Shown in pieces: positions 49,053-62,498 of a DNA stretch of 64,000 bases. The DNA lies in contig CATNEN010000007.1 in assembly GCA_950097015.1 (NCBI GenBank), positions 2,666,001 to 2,730,000 of the forward strand, given 5' to 3'. A program made the position numbers and the translations under genes. Positions within the stretch are counted from its first letter, which is position 1; every line of letters starts with the position of its first letter. A model generated the notes under the pieces. The model searched no databases. It was not told where the DNA came from and worked only from the letters and a program-made list of their open reading frames with translations. Origin of the DNA: Macrostomum hystrix. Its lineage: Eukaryota > Animalia > Platyhelminthes.

Positions 49053-49829
49053 ATGGCGTCATCCATCGCCATGAAAATTTACTGTCGTCTGAGCATCGTC
49101 AGCCTAGTAATCGCAGCTGCTCGCTGCACAATGCCAACGTGCCCTGCAAAGCGGCTGTTCCGCGAAACCCTGGGTCTTCAGTGCCTGAGGCCTGAGTTCG
49201 TTCTGACGTACCAAGGACTGAAGTGCGTAACAGAGTGCGCGCTCTTGTGCGATCGAGTCACTGATTGCCAGGCCTTCAGCGTGGCCGATGGTCCGTGCCA
49301 GCTGTTCGTGTTCAACAGGTGCAGCAAGTACGTGAGAGACTGCAGCTGTACTCGCATCAAGCAGGTGTTTGTGAAGCAGCAGCCGGGACTGCCACCCGGA
49401 GCTCTGTGTCCTGCTGGATTCGCTGACGACTTTTGCGGTACCAAGTACAAGCTCTATGAAAACTGGACCGACTGGGATTTGGCAAAGGAGGCAGTCGATG
49501 CTTTGCCAGGCCTCACAATCATGGCTGACGTCACCGACCAGACTGAGATGGGCCATTTGCAAGCAGTTTTCAACCGGGACCAACTGACGAGGGTGATAAT
49601 GGGAGGCATGCAGCTTCCAGGCAGCTCTGAGCCAGCCGGTGGATGGATCTGGGCCAGCTGCAACCTCAGCATTAGTGCCGACCTGTGGGCAGCTAAGCAG
49701 CCCACCGATTCTGCCGGCATCGAAGATGTCATAGTTGCTGGCTCGGACTTTCTGGGCTTGAACGACGGAAAGCGTTCGAGTTCAAGATTTGAAGGAGCAT
49801 TTGTCGAGTGCGTGTCGCCGTTTAATTGA
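49053..49829 (+). CDS. Secreted PAN/apple + atypical C-type lectin protein, copy 2 (258 aa, intronless)
   Basis: Signal peptide; ECALLCDRVTDCQAF...CQLF (PAN/apple); CTLD-like IMGG...GGWIW...LWAAKQPT...LND...VEC. Confidence 0.85.
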   Translation: MASSIAMKIYCRLSIVSLVIAAARCTMPTCPAKRLFRETLGLQCLRPEFVLTYQGLKCVTECALLCDRVTDCQAFSVADGPCQLFVFNRCSKYVRDCSCTRIKQVFVKQQPGLPPGALCPAGFADDFCGTKYKLYENWTDWDLAKEAVDALPGLTIMADVTDQTEMGHLQAVFNRDQLTRVIMGGMQLPGSSEPAGGWIWASCNLSISADLWAAKQPTDSAGIEDVIVAGSDFLGLNDGKRSSSRFEGAFVECVSPFN

Positions 49830-50289
49830 AGCTGTGGACAGTGAATGTGTAAACTCAGTGCGTAATAGCCTAACAGTATGCTTAGAGAGAAAGGACTGCT
49901 AATTAGAAGGTCTCTTAACTTCATATCTATAAAATCTTGAGTATACAGATCGGCCAAAAATGTGGATTTTAATAAACTGAATGTTTTTCGAGTGATTCTA
50001 ATGGCCTTTTATCTGTAAATTTTACAACAAGCTCCACTAGAACTGCTTATGACCTGCCCTAGTTCTCCGATCTCATATTTACCCGCTGAAATTCACAGGA
50101 GCAATGCATCAACATTATTTAGGAGCGTAAAATACTTTTTACATGTCCAGTTAAGCAGTTTTCGTTCATATTTCATGTCTCATGTTCCATATCCTTTGAG
50201 CTCATGTAGAGATGTTTCTATGAAACATGAACCTCTTATGTTTCCTGTTTGAGGTCAGGAAGCTGATAACATTGCCAAGGTCATCTTGA

Positions 50290-50990
50290 TGGATGGCCAT
50301 TCAACAGCTGTGGATCTTCCCCGCCGTCAATCGTCTAGCGGGTGCTACAGGCTGTCTTCGCGAGAACCGGACTGCCCCACGTGCTGCGGAGCACCATGGC
50401 GCAGATCTGCTCGCCTGGCTTTGGAGGATCGCTCTGCTAAGACGCCACCGAGACACCCGCAATCGAACGGCCTTGCGGACCGGATGTTCCAATCCGTCAA
50501 GAGAGCATCCTTGGACTCCTGAACTACTGAATCCTTGGCTCCTGAACTACAGGTGCGCACCGCATGCGAGCCGGTTCAGAGCCCGACGCAACCCGATCAC
50601 GATGCAGACGCCAATTGGAGCGAGCGTCTGGCATACGCCCGGGGGCAAGCAGGCCCAAGAGCGAGTCGAGCTCGTGGCACAGAAGGGCACAAAAATGCAC
50701 AGAAGGGCACTAACACAGCACTGATCGCGCGACACGGAGGCCAGGTCACCCTGGCTCATGCTGACCAGCTGACTCACATCATCGAGAAGTGGCAGACAGA
50801 GGAGGCACACCAGCTTGATGAGTCCGCCCTGCAGCAGCCCAGCGGTCCTGTTGAGCAGCAGCGAAGTCGGCAGCATCAACCGGACGGCCTCGATCAAGAC
50901 AAAATCTGCGAGCCAACCGAGGAACCAGAACCCCGCTAACCCTGTACGTGCGAATCGAGGCGCGCCACCATCTCGATTTGAAGAGGGAGA
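50290..50990 (+). mobile_element. Degenerate Ty3/gypsy integrase 3' remnant with a polypurine tract
   Basis: TPPRHPQSNGLADRMFQSVKR and LLNYRCAPHAS match the gypsy integrase core (TPYHPQSNGxAER; LLxYRxTPH), with frameshifts. The basic tail PVRANRGAPPSRF is followed by GAAGAGGGAGA and then TG at 50991 (possible LTR start). Confidence 0.75.
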
Positions 50991-51484
50991 TGAGATGGAG
51001 CTTGACTGGTGGCTTGAATCGACTTGCTTGTTTAATTAACTTGAACTGACTTATTTACATCACCACATATTTACTATTCCTTTGTTCGTTTGTTTGAGCC
51101 CACAGCAAGTTTGTGCTCATTCCTTTTCTAATATACTACCTTCACTTGTCTACCTGTATGCGTGTTGGCCCACCAGCCAAATATTTCCACCCTTCTCTTT
51201 TGATCGCTATAAAACACCTCGCAATTGCTGAGTCTCGCAAATATACCAAAGGAAATTCATCTTGTCTCTTTTTAGCAACAACGAAAACTAACGCCAACTT
51301 GGCGTAGTTATTTGCGACACAACACTTTTATAAGTCTGGCCGGCGAGTAAAAAGACGATCTGATCTCCAAATAAAATAAATCCGAGTATTGGTTTTTATT
51401 TGTGTTCTTTATTTCCGCCTGGGACTTTAGAGTTTTTGCATGCGTCTACCTCAATCTTCCTCGATTCACTGACGCTGTTTATGG

Positions 51485-51840
51485 GAGGTCGGTGCCAGAG
51501 CGGTTAATGCGTTTGCCTCTCACAACAAGGTCCCTGAGCTCGATTCCGCGGCGAGGCCACATTAAATTGGGTCGCAGCCGCGGAGAGAAGGCTTGAGGGC
51601 TTTTTAAGACCTTGAGGGCCAACCTCCAAGGCACAGTGAAAGTGTACATTGCCCGATGATGAGAAATTCAGAGCAGATGAACACACCTGTTTGAGCGTGT
51701 GCCTGCGTACAGTATCTGTGTGCGTGTGTGCTCAAGGAGTCAGCGAAATGGGCAGAATTCCCGCGCAGGCTGCGGGTCTAGTATCACCAAATGATGTGCC
51801 ATTGCCCGCAGCCCTCATGCAATTATTATTATCAATATTA
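51485..51840 (+). mobile_element. Near full-length tRNA-derived SINE
   Basis: GGTGCCAGAGCGGTTAATGCG...GAGCTCGATTCCGCGGCGAGGCC head, family body, (ATT)n tail. Confidence 0.88.
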
Positions 51841-52897
51841 TGAGCACTGCTGCAGTCCGCTGCAACTATTTAAAAGGATTGGTAAGACACCGACCCGGGT
51901 GAGTAGTATGCTCGACTTTATTATACTCGTGATAGTATACATCGAGTTAACGAGCATTGTGTACAAAGACTGGTTTTTCTCAGTCTTTATCCCAGTTGAA
52001 CAGGGCAAATACGAATATAAATATATTTGCAATAAGCTCCTGAACTCAGAACTCCCGTCCCTTGCGTAGATGTACAGCAAGTATTTCCAAGAAATATCTT
52101 CGTACTCAACCAAGCTCAGTCCCTATACATCGACAAAGAGATATTCCATGTGGAAATCTGATTTATAGATTAGATTGGGCAAGATCGGCTCTTTAACAGT
52201 GTCAACCTCAACTGCCTGACCATCAGGTACATTGATTCAGTGAATGAGTATTGAGAACAATGCAGGCAGGGAGGGGAGGGTAAAACGATTTCTTGGAAAT
52301 CATCAATCATCAATTATCATCAATTAGAAAGCAAAAGACTGCTTTGTATCTCAATTAATTTGTGTAGGTTTCAGAATAGAGTGAAACTCTTTCGTATTTG
52401 AAAGACGCATAGAATTCGGTAGTTTTTGTCAATAAAAACTGTTCTCGGTACTGAAAAATTCCCTCAACAGACCGGTTTTTTCCGGTTTGAAAAGCTGTTT
52501 TTTCGTCCCCAACTCGAACTCATCTGTAGGCGGAGCTGTCAATCAATAACTCATTGTTCTGTTTCTGGCCAAAATTTACCTTACAGGTAGCGTCTCCAGC
52601 CAAAAAAACACTAAAAAGAGATATCGCACAGTGGCTCCAACGCATTGTAATCAAGTAAGCTTTCACAGATCAAGGCCCCTCAGCAGATAAAGGTTTTATC
52701 GTCCATTGTCTTTAAACGACAACGTAAATAGGCTTTGTGTATGTTACGCATCATCTATAGAAGTGCTGATTTTCATATTTAAAGAGCTAAACAAAACTTC
52801 CAGCTTTGTCTGCTTTAGTCCGAGTATTTATCCTCAAGTTGAAGTTAAAAAATCTCCCACTGGCTTCATATGTGGCCAAGACTTACACTCGTTTACA

Positions 52898-53632
52898 ATG
52901 CTGTTCCAACTGATAACTAGTTTAGCATTGCTGGCCACACCTGCAGCTAGCAGCGTATTCTATGAAACAGTCGGGCAGCAGTGCATAAGAGCACAGTTCA
53001 TGAGGGGCTTCATCAACATTTCGAGAAAGACGGAATGCGCCCTTCTGTGCGCCATTTCTACCGACTGCCAGGCATTCAGCGTGGCCGATGGTCCGTGCCA
53101 GCTGTTCGTGTTCAACAGGTGCAGCAAGTACGTGAGAGACTGCAGCTGTACTCGCATCAAGCAGGTGTTTGTGAAGCAGCAGTCGGGACTGCCACCCGGA
53201 GCTCTGTGTCCCGCCGGATTCGCTGACGACTTTTGCGGCACCAAGTACACGCTGTACTCTGGAATCGCAGAATGGGACTTGGCCAAGGCTGCTGTGGATG
53301 CGCTGCCCGGCCTCACAATCATGGCTGATGTAACTGACCTGACGGAAATGACTCACATTAATGCAATCGTGACCAGGGACAATCTGAGGAAAGTAATCAC
53401 AGGAGGCTGGCAGGCCCCAGGCAGCTCTGAGCCAGACGGTGGTTGGATCTGGGTGGTCTGCAACTCCAGCATCGACCCGAGTCTCTGGGCTGCACGGCAG
53501 CCCAGCAACTATTTAAATAAGGAGAACTATGTGTCCATCGGGTCGGGCGCATTCGGGCTGAACGATGACTCGAGAACTCATGTCCTCTACGCTGGAGTGC
53601 TTGTTGAATGTGTATCACCATTTTCTCCGTGA
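52898..53632 (+). CDS. Secreted PAN/apple + atypical C-type lectin protein, copy 3 (244 aa, intronless)
   Basis: ATG at 52898 gives signal peptide MLFQLITSLALLATPAASS. Same PAN and CTLD motifs as copy 2. Confidence 0.85.
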   Translation: MLFQLITSLALLATPAASSVFYETVGQQCIRAQFMRGFINISRKTECALLCAISTDCQAFSVADGPCQLFVFNRCSKYVRDCSCTRIKQVFVKQQSGLPPGALCPAGFADDFCGTKYTLYSGIAEWDLAKAAVDALPGLTIMADVTDLTEMTHINAIVTRDNLRKVITGGWQAPGSSEPDGGWIWVVCNSSIDPSLWAARQPSNYLNKENYVSIGSGAFGLNDDSRTHVLYAGVLVECVSPFSP

Positions 53633-54146
53633 CGCTTAGACGAAAAACTCGACCATCGTTTGATTTTGATAAGAGAGCTTGATTTATATAGCGAGAGAAA
53701 ATTTATAGTTGAAATCTTGAGAATAGTTTGCAAGCTTGGCTACCATATGCCCTACTGAAAATATTTTTTCGTCGCTGTCTGGAGTGAGTCACTAAATCAA
53801 TGTTAAATAAATGTTCCTCTGGTACCTGTGTACTGCTCGAATATTAGCAACCTTTTTAGAATCTCTGGTTGTTGAAACACGAAACTATTGATAGCTGTTC
53901 ATAGGTCGTGTTACAATAAGTAATAAACTAAAGACTTATTAAACTATTTAGCAAAGAAAACATAAGGTGAGAGGAACTAAGCGGTGAACGAGGGCTGAAC
54001 GAGTTATTCTTTTGAAGCAGAAGTATACAAAAAGACTAAAGTTTTTCTAAATTCTGAAAAAATAGACATGCTTGCATCAGAAGTCTGGTGATAGCCCTAT
54101 TTGATATCTAGAGTCTGTGCTCGGAAAATTCTTCAGAGCGTCCTGC

Positions 54147-55717
<1,571 letters not shown>

Positions 55718-55893
55718 CTTGGTCAATAAAGTACTTAAAGAATAAGTGTGGGCAGATTCAACGGTGGGCTTGTACTTCAACCGAGTTTTATTAGTGGTTT
55801 GGCAGAGGGAACCCACGCTCGCGTCAATTTATGCCCTCTCGTCATGGCTGACCGGAGCGAACCGGAGTCGGGGATCTCTCGCGCATGCGAGTA

Positions 55894-55907
55894 GTTGCCA
55901 TGGCAAC
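55894..55907. promoter_or_regulatory. RFX X-box (GTTGCCATGGCAAC) upstream of the beta-tubulin copy
   Basis: Perfect 14-bp palindromic X-box consensus ~180 bp upstream of the ATG, next to a GCGCATGCG (NRF1-like) motif. Confidence 0.7.
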
Positions 55908-57031
55908 GCTTAATTTTGTGTTTTTTGCTGAATATGTCCTGGGAAGTCTAGTCGCTTAAAATGCTAGAATAATAGCAATAGTGAGGGGAGGTTGGGGTGG
56001 CTAGCGTTGCCTGGTAAAACTCATCTCTGTGAACAGTGCGGACCTCCAACCTCCCTTACCTGTTGTCCTGGAGACTTATTTGACAGGAGTTTGTCAGAGA
56101 GAAAATGCATACCGCCTCCTCTGTTCAACTGTTTTCCCACAATCGCTTCCCATTGTCTTAAGTATTCTCTCTGCTAATTTAGAATAGAATTTGTTGCTGC
56201 TATGTCTACCGCGTGACAGGCGTATCAGGACTTAGAGACGGATTAGGAAATCCCAAATGCTTGCACTAGCTCTAACGGCCTCGGAAATCCTACATATTTC
56301 GCTACAAATCCTACAGGTCAGCCTGTCACTATTTATGACACAAAGTGCTCCTTGTAGAAATAATAACAGCAAGAACAACTTACGCTGTAAAAAAACTGAG
56401 TCACAGCAGGGCGAACGAAGGCCGCACCTCCGGCAGAGTCCGGGGTGCGAGCTTCAGGCCGTAGGCAGAAAAACTAATTGTATAGCAAACCTTGAATCGT
56501 AATTTGAAAAGAGCTCTTGTTGATTTCCGATTTTTTGTATTACTCAAGGTCAAACGTTTCTTCAATAAACCAAAGCGCTAATCAACTTTACAATAAATTT
56601 ACAAACATAACACTGTATACTTGTAGAGACATAAGGCAATATGTAAAATAAAAACTGTTGAATTCGTCTTTACTTTAGGTCCAGCTGTCAACAAAGCATC
56701 GTTATTTTTTGTGTTTGTGCCTGAAAAGAAGATTAAAAAGCCGAATGTCAAAACTCCTAAACCTAATGTATAACATAATAGCAAACACATTTTAAACCTA
56801 GTGTCAAGACTACAAAAATTCTAGGATTAAAATCATGGCTTTTCTATAGTCTAAGCCGGCCCATTTACCATGGCTTGGACTATGGGATAAAAATTGTTAT
56901 ACCGCATGTCATTTTCTTAGATTTTTTATTTCTTTTCTAGGAAATCTGGCATAAAATTCTTGTTTGCTAATGCCATGGTGAAACTTGTCACTATTAACTA
57001 CTTTGTTGTAATTAAGTGAGAGAATTTTAAT

Positions 57032-57679
57032 GAATACAGGACAGTTCTGTAACAGACAGTTCGGTAACAGACAGTTCGGTAACACTCAAGGACAGTTCGG
57101 TAACATACAGGAGACAGTTCGGTAACACACCGGGGACAGTTCAGTAACAATTGAAAGTCAATAAAATCAATCTAGGTTTGTTCTAACAATGTATCTACTA
57201 TCGTTGCTAGGACACAACTGACTGATGTTACTGATGTATCTGAAACTGACACGTCATTTAGAGTGTGCAAGTAGGGTAAAGGCTCGTTCAAAGGGATGTA
57301 CAAAGGGATGAAAAATTAGTGCAAATTGTGTGATCACACGAAATTTGGCCTCACTTGATATCTGTATGAATGACTTGATGACGGTACATTGTCGCTATTT
57401 GACGCCCAAATGTGAAATATGTAACATGCAAAATGCAACCTCATACTCATATTTCGAAAAGCTAAATATGGTTCGAAGTGCTATTGACTTTACTTTGTAA
57501 CTTTACCGAACTAAATATAAAATAATTTCGCAAAAAACCCTTCCGATCCAGTTTAATCAATTGTTACCGAACTGTCCCTTGATATGTTACCGAACTGTCC
57601 TGTGGTGTTACCGAACTGTCCTGTGGTGTTACCAAACTGTCTGTTACCGAATTGTCTGTTACCGAATTGTCCTGTTACC
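57032..57679. mobile_element. MITE / non-autonomous DNA transposon with internally repetitive TIRs
   Basis: Left GACAGTTCGGTAACA repeats (57032-57155) are inverted relative to right TGTTACCGAACTGTC repeats (57558-57679). An 8-bp direct repeat ATTTTAAT flanks it at 57024-57031 and 57680-57687. Confidence 0.8.
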
Positions 57680-60009
57680 ATTTTAATGTGTCTGCCTATG
57701 ACCTGTGATGAGGTCGAACTGTGAATATATGGTTTATTACAGTGCTCTAAATTATTTCAGCAATGTGCTGACTGGTGACGCAAGTACATCGTTCCAATAA
57801 ATTGTGTTCCTTCGTCAATTGTTATCATTAGTGGAATGCACTATGTAGAATTCATTTTCAAACATTTAAAGTATACCAGTATGGCTGTCCTTGTGTAAAT
57901 TCTACACGTTACAGTTAGGATAAAGCCTTGGGATTTTTGCCTCTTCTAAGTAAAAAGGCTGTCACTATTGTAAGTATATGTATGTCATTTCTTGCTTGCT
58001 TTAGGAACTTTCCCAATCCCATTATTTAGTTACAAATATAGGCCTAATAGTTTAAATTTTTAGCAATATAAGTCTTACATGCCTCTCTCTTTGTAACTAC
58101 ACTGTATACAAGGAATATATAGGCATAAAGCCCACACTGCCACAGTGCATTTCACAGTGTGCAAACTTAGGGCAATGATTTACTTTGTTCCTCGTAATTC
58201 TTATTCTAACTGTTTTTTATCTCATGCGACCAGGGTGATGTATAATATGATGTGGCAAGGGTCACAGACATATGCTGACATAGCTTTTCAAGGTTTTAAG
58301 TGCTGACATGGATTTGGGAAGTATTAAGTGTCATAGAAATATGTGGTCTTTGTGTGTTGGGGCTGGGGATGACTAGGGCAAAATATAGAAGTGCATCTTG
58401 ATTCTCCTAACTGCTAATATTTCTATGCCATGGCTGGTCGGCCAGCTGCCCCATCTTGGATTGTGCGACCAAATGAGGTATGAGGTGTAGCAGAGTTACT
58501 AGATTTGTCAATATTGACATTGAGCATCTTCACTTGTTGCTGTTTGTTGTTCTTTTTTCATTTTTTCATTTTCCAATATTCTTTGATGAGGATGTGCAAT
58601 TTCAAAAGAAAAAATGATTATGCAAAACAGAGTAAAACATTGCCCAAACTAGAAACATCCAGAGTACATTTGTCTTCCTTTCATACATTCATACAATGGC
58701 ATACAAATAGGTTTTCAGTACTTTTGGCACAATTAAATTATTGGCATGATAGCATTGGTTGAATGCCTACTTGGATTGAACACTTGGATTGGGGGCTTGA
58801 GCAAAGAGGCCACATATAATTAAATTTATTCAATACTTGCATAGGGGCCTACTTACATTTTTAAATATAGGCCTATATGGCAACATATTGGTTATATTTA
58901 TTCTGGCCAAATATTTATTATCAAATATAGCCAAATATAGCCTATATATATATATTTATGACTAATGAGTATTCATAGGCTATCTAAACTGTTTAGAAAT
59001 GATCTAGAAAGTATACAGCAACAGCTACAGCAAAAGTTACAAATGCTCTACTATTTAAATTGAGGGTTACTTGGAAATATTAAAGTTCTCAGCGAATATT
59101 CTGCAGTTTAAATAGTAAAATATAGTTGTCCTTAACACAATGCATTTTTGAAACCCATTACAAATCCTTGGCCTTAATCTTAACCTCGCCCATGTTATTA
59201 ATAGTAAAGTAGAAAACATATATTAATGTGACATTTATATTATGACTACAGTGAGTAATTACATTTCATTATGATGTTTATTCAATTCCATAAGCAATGT
59301 ATTTTTATAAACATGGCAAGTTATGCATGAAACAGTTTAAATTATTTAACTCCTGTTATAAAATAAAATGAAAATATGTATAGATATATGATTGCTAACA
59401 ATGCAATAAGAAAATACCTTAAGCTATATACAACCATTGGTCTTGGCTCCACCATATCCAGAAGCACAGTTTATGCAACAAGAAAGTGAAAATTGATTTT
59501 ACCTGCCACAATCAGGTCAGATGTGCAGTCGAAAGCATAGCTGCAGCCATTGTGCAGTGCATCTGAAAACTGCCAATGGTTGTTAAGCTCATGGACTAAA
59601 GGGGATGTCACACCACCCTCAATTACTACAGCTAGTGCTGGAACACATTTACAGCTACATCTGGGTGAACTGAATCAATGCTGAGTTAAGTGTCTTGCTA
59701 AAGGATACAAATTGTTCCAGTGGAGCTGGAAATAGAACCCCACGACATTAAAATCCTGAGTCCAATGCTCGAACCACAAAGCTACAATTCCCTTGCCCTG
59801 CAATGTAGGCAGTTGAGGTAGTTTAATCACTTCATCAAGTTTCAGTTGCCATTCAGTTTCAAAGTCCATAAAGTCCCTCTGATTTTTGCACACCGTTGTC
59901 TCATCATACTGCATGTACATCTGACCTAGCTAGTTTAGGTGTAATTTCTATTTGTTCTGAATTACTACAATTACTATTAATGAAACAATTGTTACTCCAG
60001 CAACCGCAG

Positions 60010-62498
60010 ATGGAGGCGAATGTAGCTGCGGATGCGGGTGACAAAATGCCCAGCGGATTTCACGTGAAAGCCGCTGCCAAAGCCGCCAAGCTGCAGCGCC
60101 AGGCGGCACGCCTTGCCTCAGCCTCGGCCCTGGAATCTCCGGGCAGCATTGATAGGCGGCCAGGCGAATGGGCGCCAACCCAGGCTAAACTGCTGCGCCA
60201 GGTGCCAGTGGCCGCGCGACCAGGGCATTTTGAGCTCAGCCTGCAGTACGGGCCCTACTCACTAGCCTACGATGGCACCGGCCGCCTGATGGCTTTGTGC
60301 GGCCGTGGCGGCCACGTGGCCGCATTCGAATGGAGGCAGAAACGCCTGCTGTTCGAGTCTCAGGTGATTCATTTGTCTCACTGGGCTCAAATAGTTTTCT
60401 TTCGCTATCTCCCTGAACTCAAGTTTGTTTTTATCCCTATCTCCCTGTACTCAAGCTGGTTTTTATCCCTATCTCCCTGTACTCAAGTTTGTTTTTATCC
60501 CAATCTCCCTGAACTCAAGCTGGTTTTTATCCCTATCTCCCTGAACTCAAGCTGGTTTTTATCCCTATCTCCCTGAACTCAAGTTTGTTTTTATCCCTAT
60601 CTCCCTGAACTCAAGCTGGTTTTTATCCCTATCTCCCTGTACTCAAGCTGGTTTTTATCCCTATCTCCCTGAACTCAAGCTGGTTTTTATCCCTATCTCC
60701 CTGAACTCAAGCTGGTTTTTATCCCTATCTCCCTGAACTCAAGCTGGTTTTTATCCCTATCTCCCTGAACTCAAGCTGGTTTTTATCCCTATCTCCCTGA
60801 ACTCAAGCTGGTTTTTATCCCTATCTCCCTGAACTCAAGCTGGTTTTTATCCCTATCTCCCTGTACTCAAGCTGGTTTTTATCCTTATCTCCCTGAACTC
60901 AAGCTGGTTTTTATCCCTATCTCCCTGTACTCAAGCTGGTTTTTATCCTTATCTCCCTGTACTCAAGTTTGTTTTTATCCCCATGTCCCTATAGTCAATT
61001 TGGTAGTTAGTTATCTCCATCTTATGAAATCCGACAAACGACGCTTCTGTAGGTTAGCACCGTTAGTACTTTAAAAGGTAAGAAATTTTATCGCTAATAG
61101 TTTTCTAAATGATGCTACTTATAGTAGTCTTATTTAAAGATTGTTTTAAATCCGTTTTTAGCACCAAATTTCCCACATAAAATTTGATTTTAAAACTATA
61201 CGAGGTAGCATTGACTTTACACACGTGATTACCAATCCCGCCAGGTGCACGAGCCGTGCAACGCGCTGTGCTGGATTGGCGCCGGCTCCACTCCGCAGCT
61301 GGCCGTCGCCCAGAGCAACTGGACCTACATCTACGACGCCCAGGGCCTGGAGTTGCACTGCTTGAAGCGTCTTCACAAGGCCAATCGGCTGTTCTGGCTG
61401 CCGCGGCACTGGCTGCTGGCGGCATGCACAGATACCGGACACCTGCACTGGCAGGACGTCAGCACCGGACAGACCGTGGCCAGCTACTGCGGGCATCACG
61501 GCCCGCTCAGAGTGGCCGCTCTCCACCCGGACAGCGGCTGCCTGCTCACTGGACAGCCAAACGGCCAGCTCTGCGTCTGGACTCCGTTGGAGAAGCGACC
61601 CGTGGTGAAACTGCTCTGCTGTCCGGCCGGCGTCCGAGCCGTAGCCTCCGCCCCAGCCGGACACGCTGTTTACACTCTGGGCGGCGATGCCCGACTGCGC
61701 CTGTGGGACATTCGCTGCCTGCGCCCGCTGCCAGTCGGCGAGGCGGACAGCCAGACAGCTTCAAACTTGCGCCTGTTTGACGCGGCGCCGCAGCTGGCGG
61801 TGAGTCAGCGCGGCCTGCTGGCATGTCCTGTTCGGCATGGCGCCGGAATCATTGTGCTGCCCGCTCTGGGCATCGGCAGCGGAGGCGGTGGGAACAAGCC
61901 GCTGCTCAGCCACACCAGCCCTGGCCGGGTCTCCGAACTGGCCTTCTGCCCATGGGAGGACGCGTTGGGATTCGGCCACAGCCGCGGCCTCGGCTCCCTG
62001 CTGGTGCCTGGCGCTGGCGAGGCCAATCCAGACGGGGCCTTCCATCCGTTGGCCGGCCGCCGGCAGCGTCGCGAAGCCGAAGTTCGCGGCCTGCTGGACA
62101 AACTGCCGCCGGAGACTATCGCCCCGCCATTGGCTGGCGCTGGCGTCAACGCCATCGACTCCGAGGGCATCGATGAGGCGCTGGCCAGAAAGCGTGCCGC
62201 CGTGATGGCACTGCCCTCTGACGAGGCGCGTCTCTTCCAGCCGCGCCGGCGCAGCGGCAAGGCGTCTGGCGAGCTGCAGCGAAAGATTGGCGAGCGGTGG
62301 CAGCGCCGCCGCATGGAGCTGCGCCAGTTGTTGAAGTCCAAGAAGCGAGTACTAGCCGAGATCGGCGACGCTGACGCCGAGGTCGAAGGCAAGAAAAAGA
62401 GAAGGCAGAAGAGGCACACTCGGCAGAAACAGGCGGGGGAGCTGACTAGACCTTCGACTGGCACTTTTCTGGACCGGCTCATTCCCAAGGCTGATTAA
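60010..62498 (+). CDS. WDR46: WD repeat-containing protein 46 / UTP7 (BING4), SSU processome
   Basis: Exons 60010-60363 and 61245-62498 (phase 0; an upstream exon is possible). Motifs FELSLQYGPYSLAYDGTGR..ALCGRGGHVAAFEW, LAVAQSNWTYIYD..GLELHCLK, and BING4CT FCPWEDALGFGH...LLVPGAGEANPD...RREAEVRGLLDKLP. Confidence 0.92.
60405..60985. repeat. 32-bp intronic minisatellite (CTCAAGCTGGTTTTTATCCCTATCTCCCTGAA)
   Basis: About 18 units in the WDR46 intron. Confidence 0.95.
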
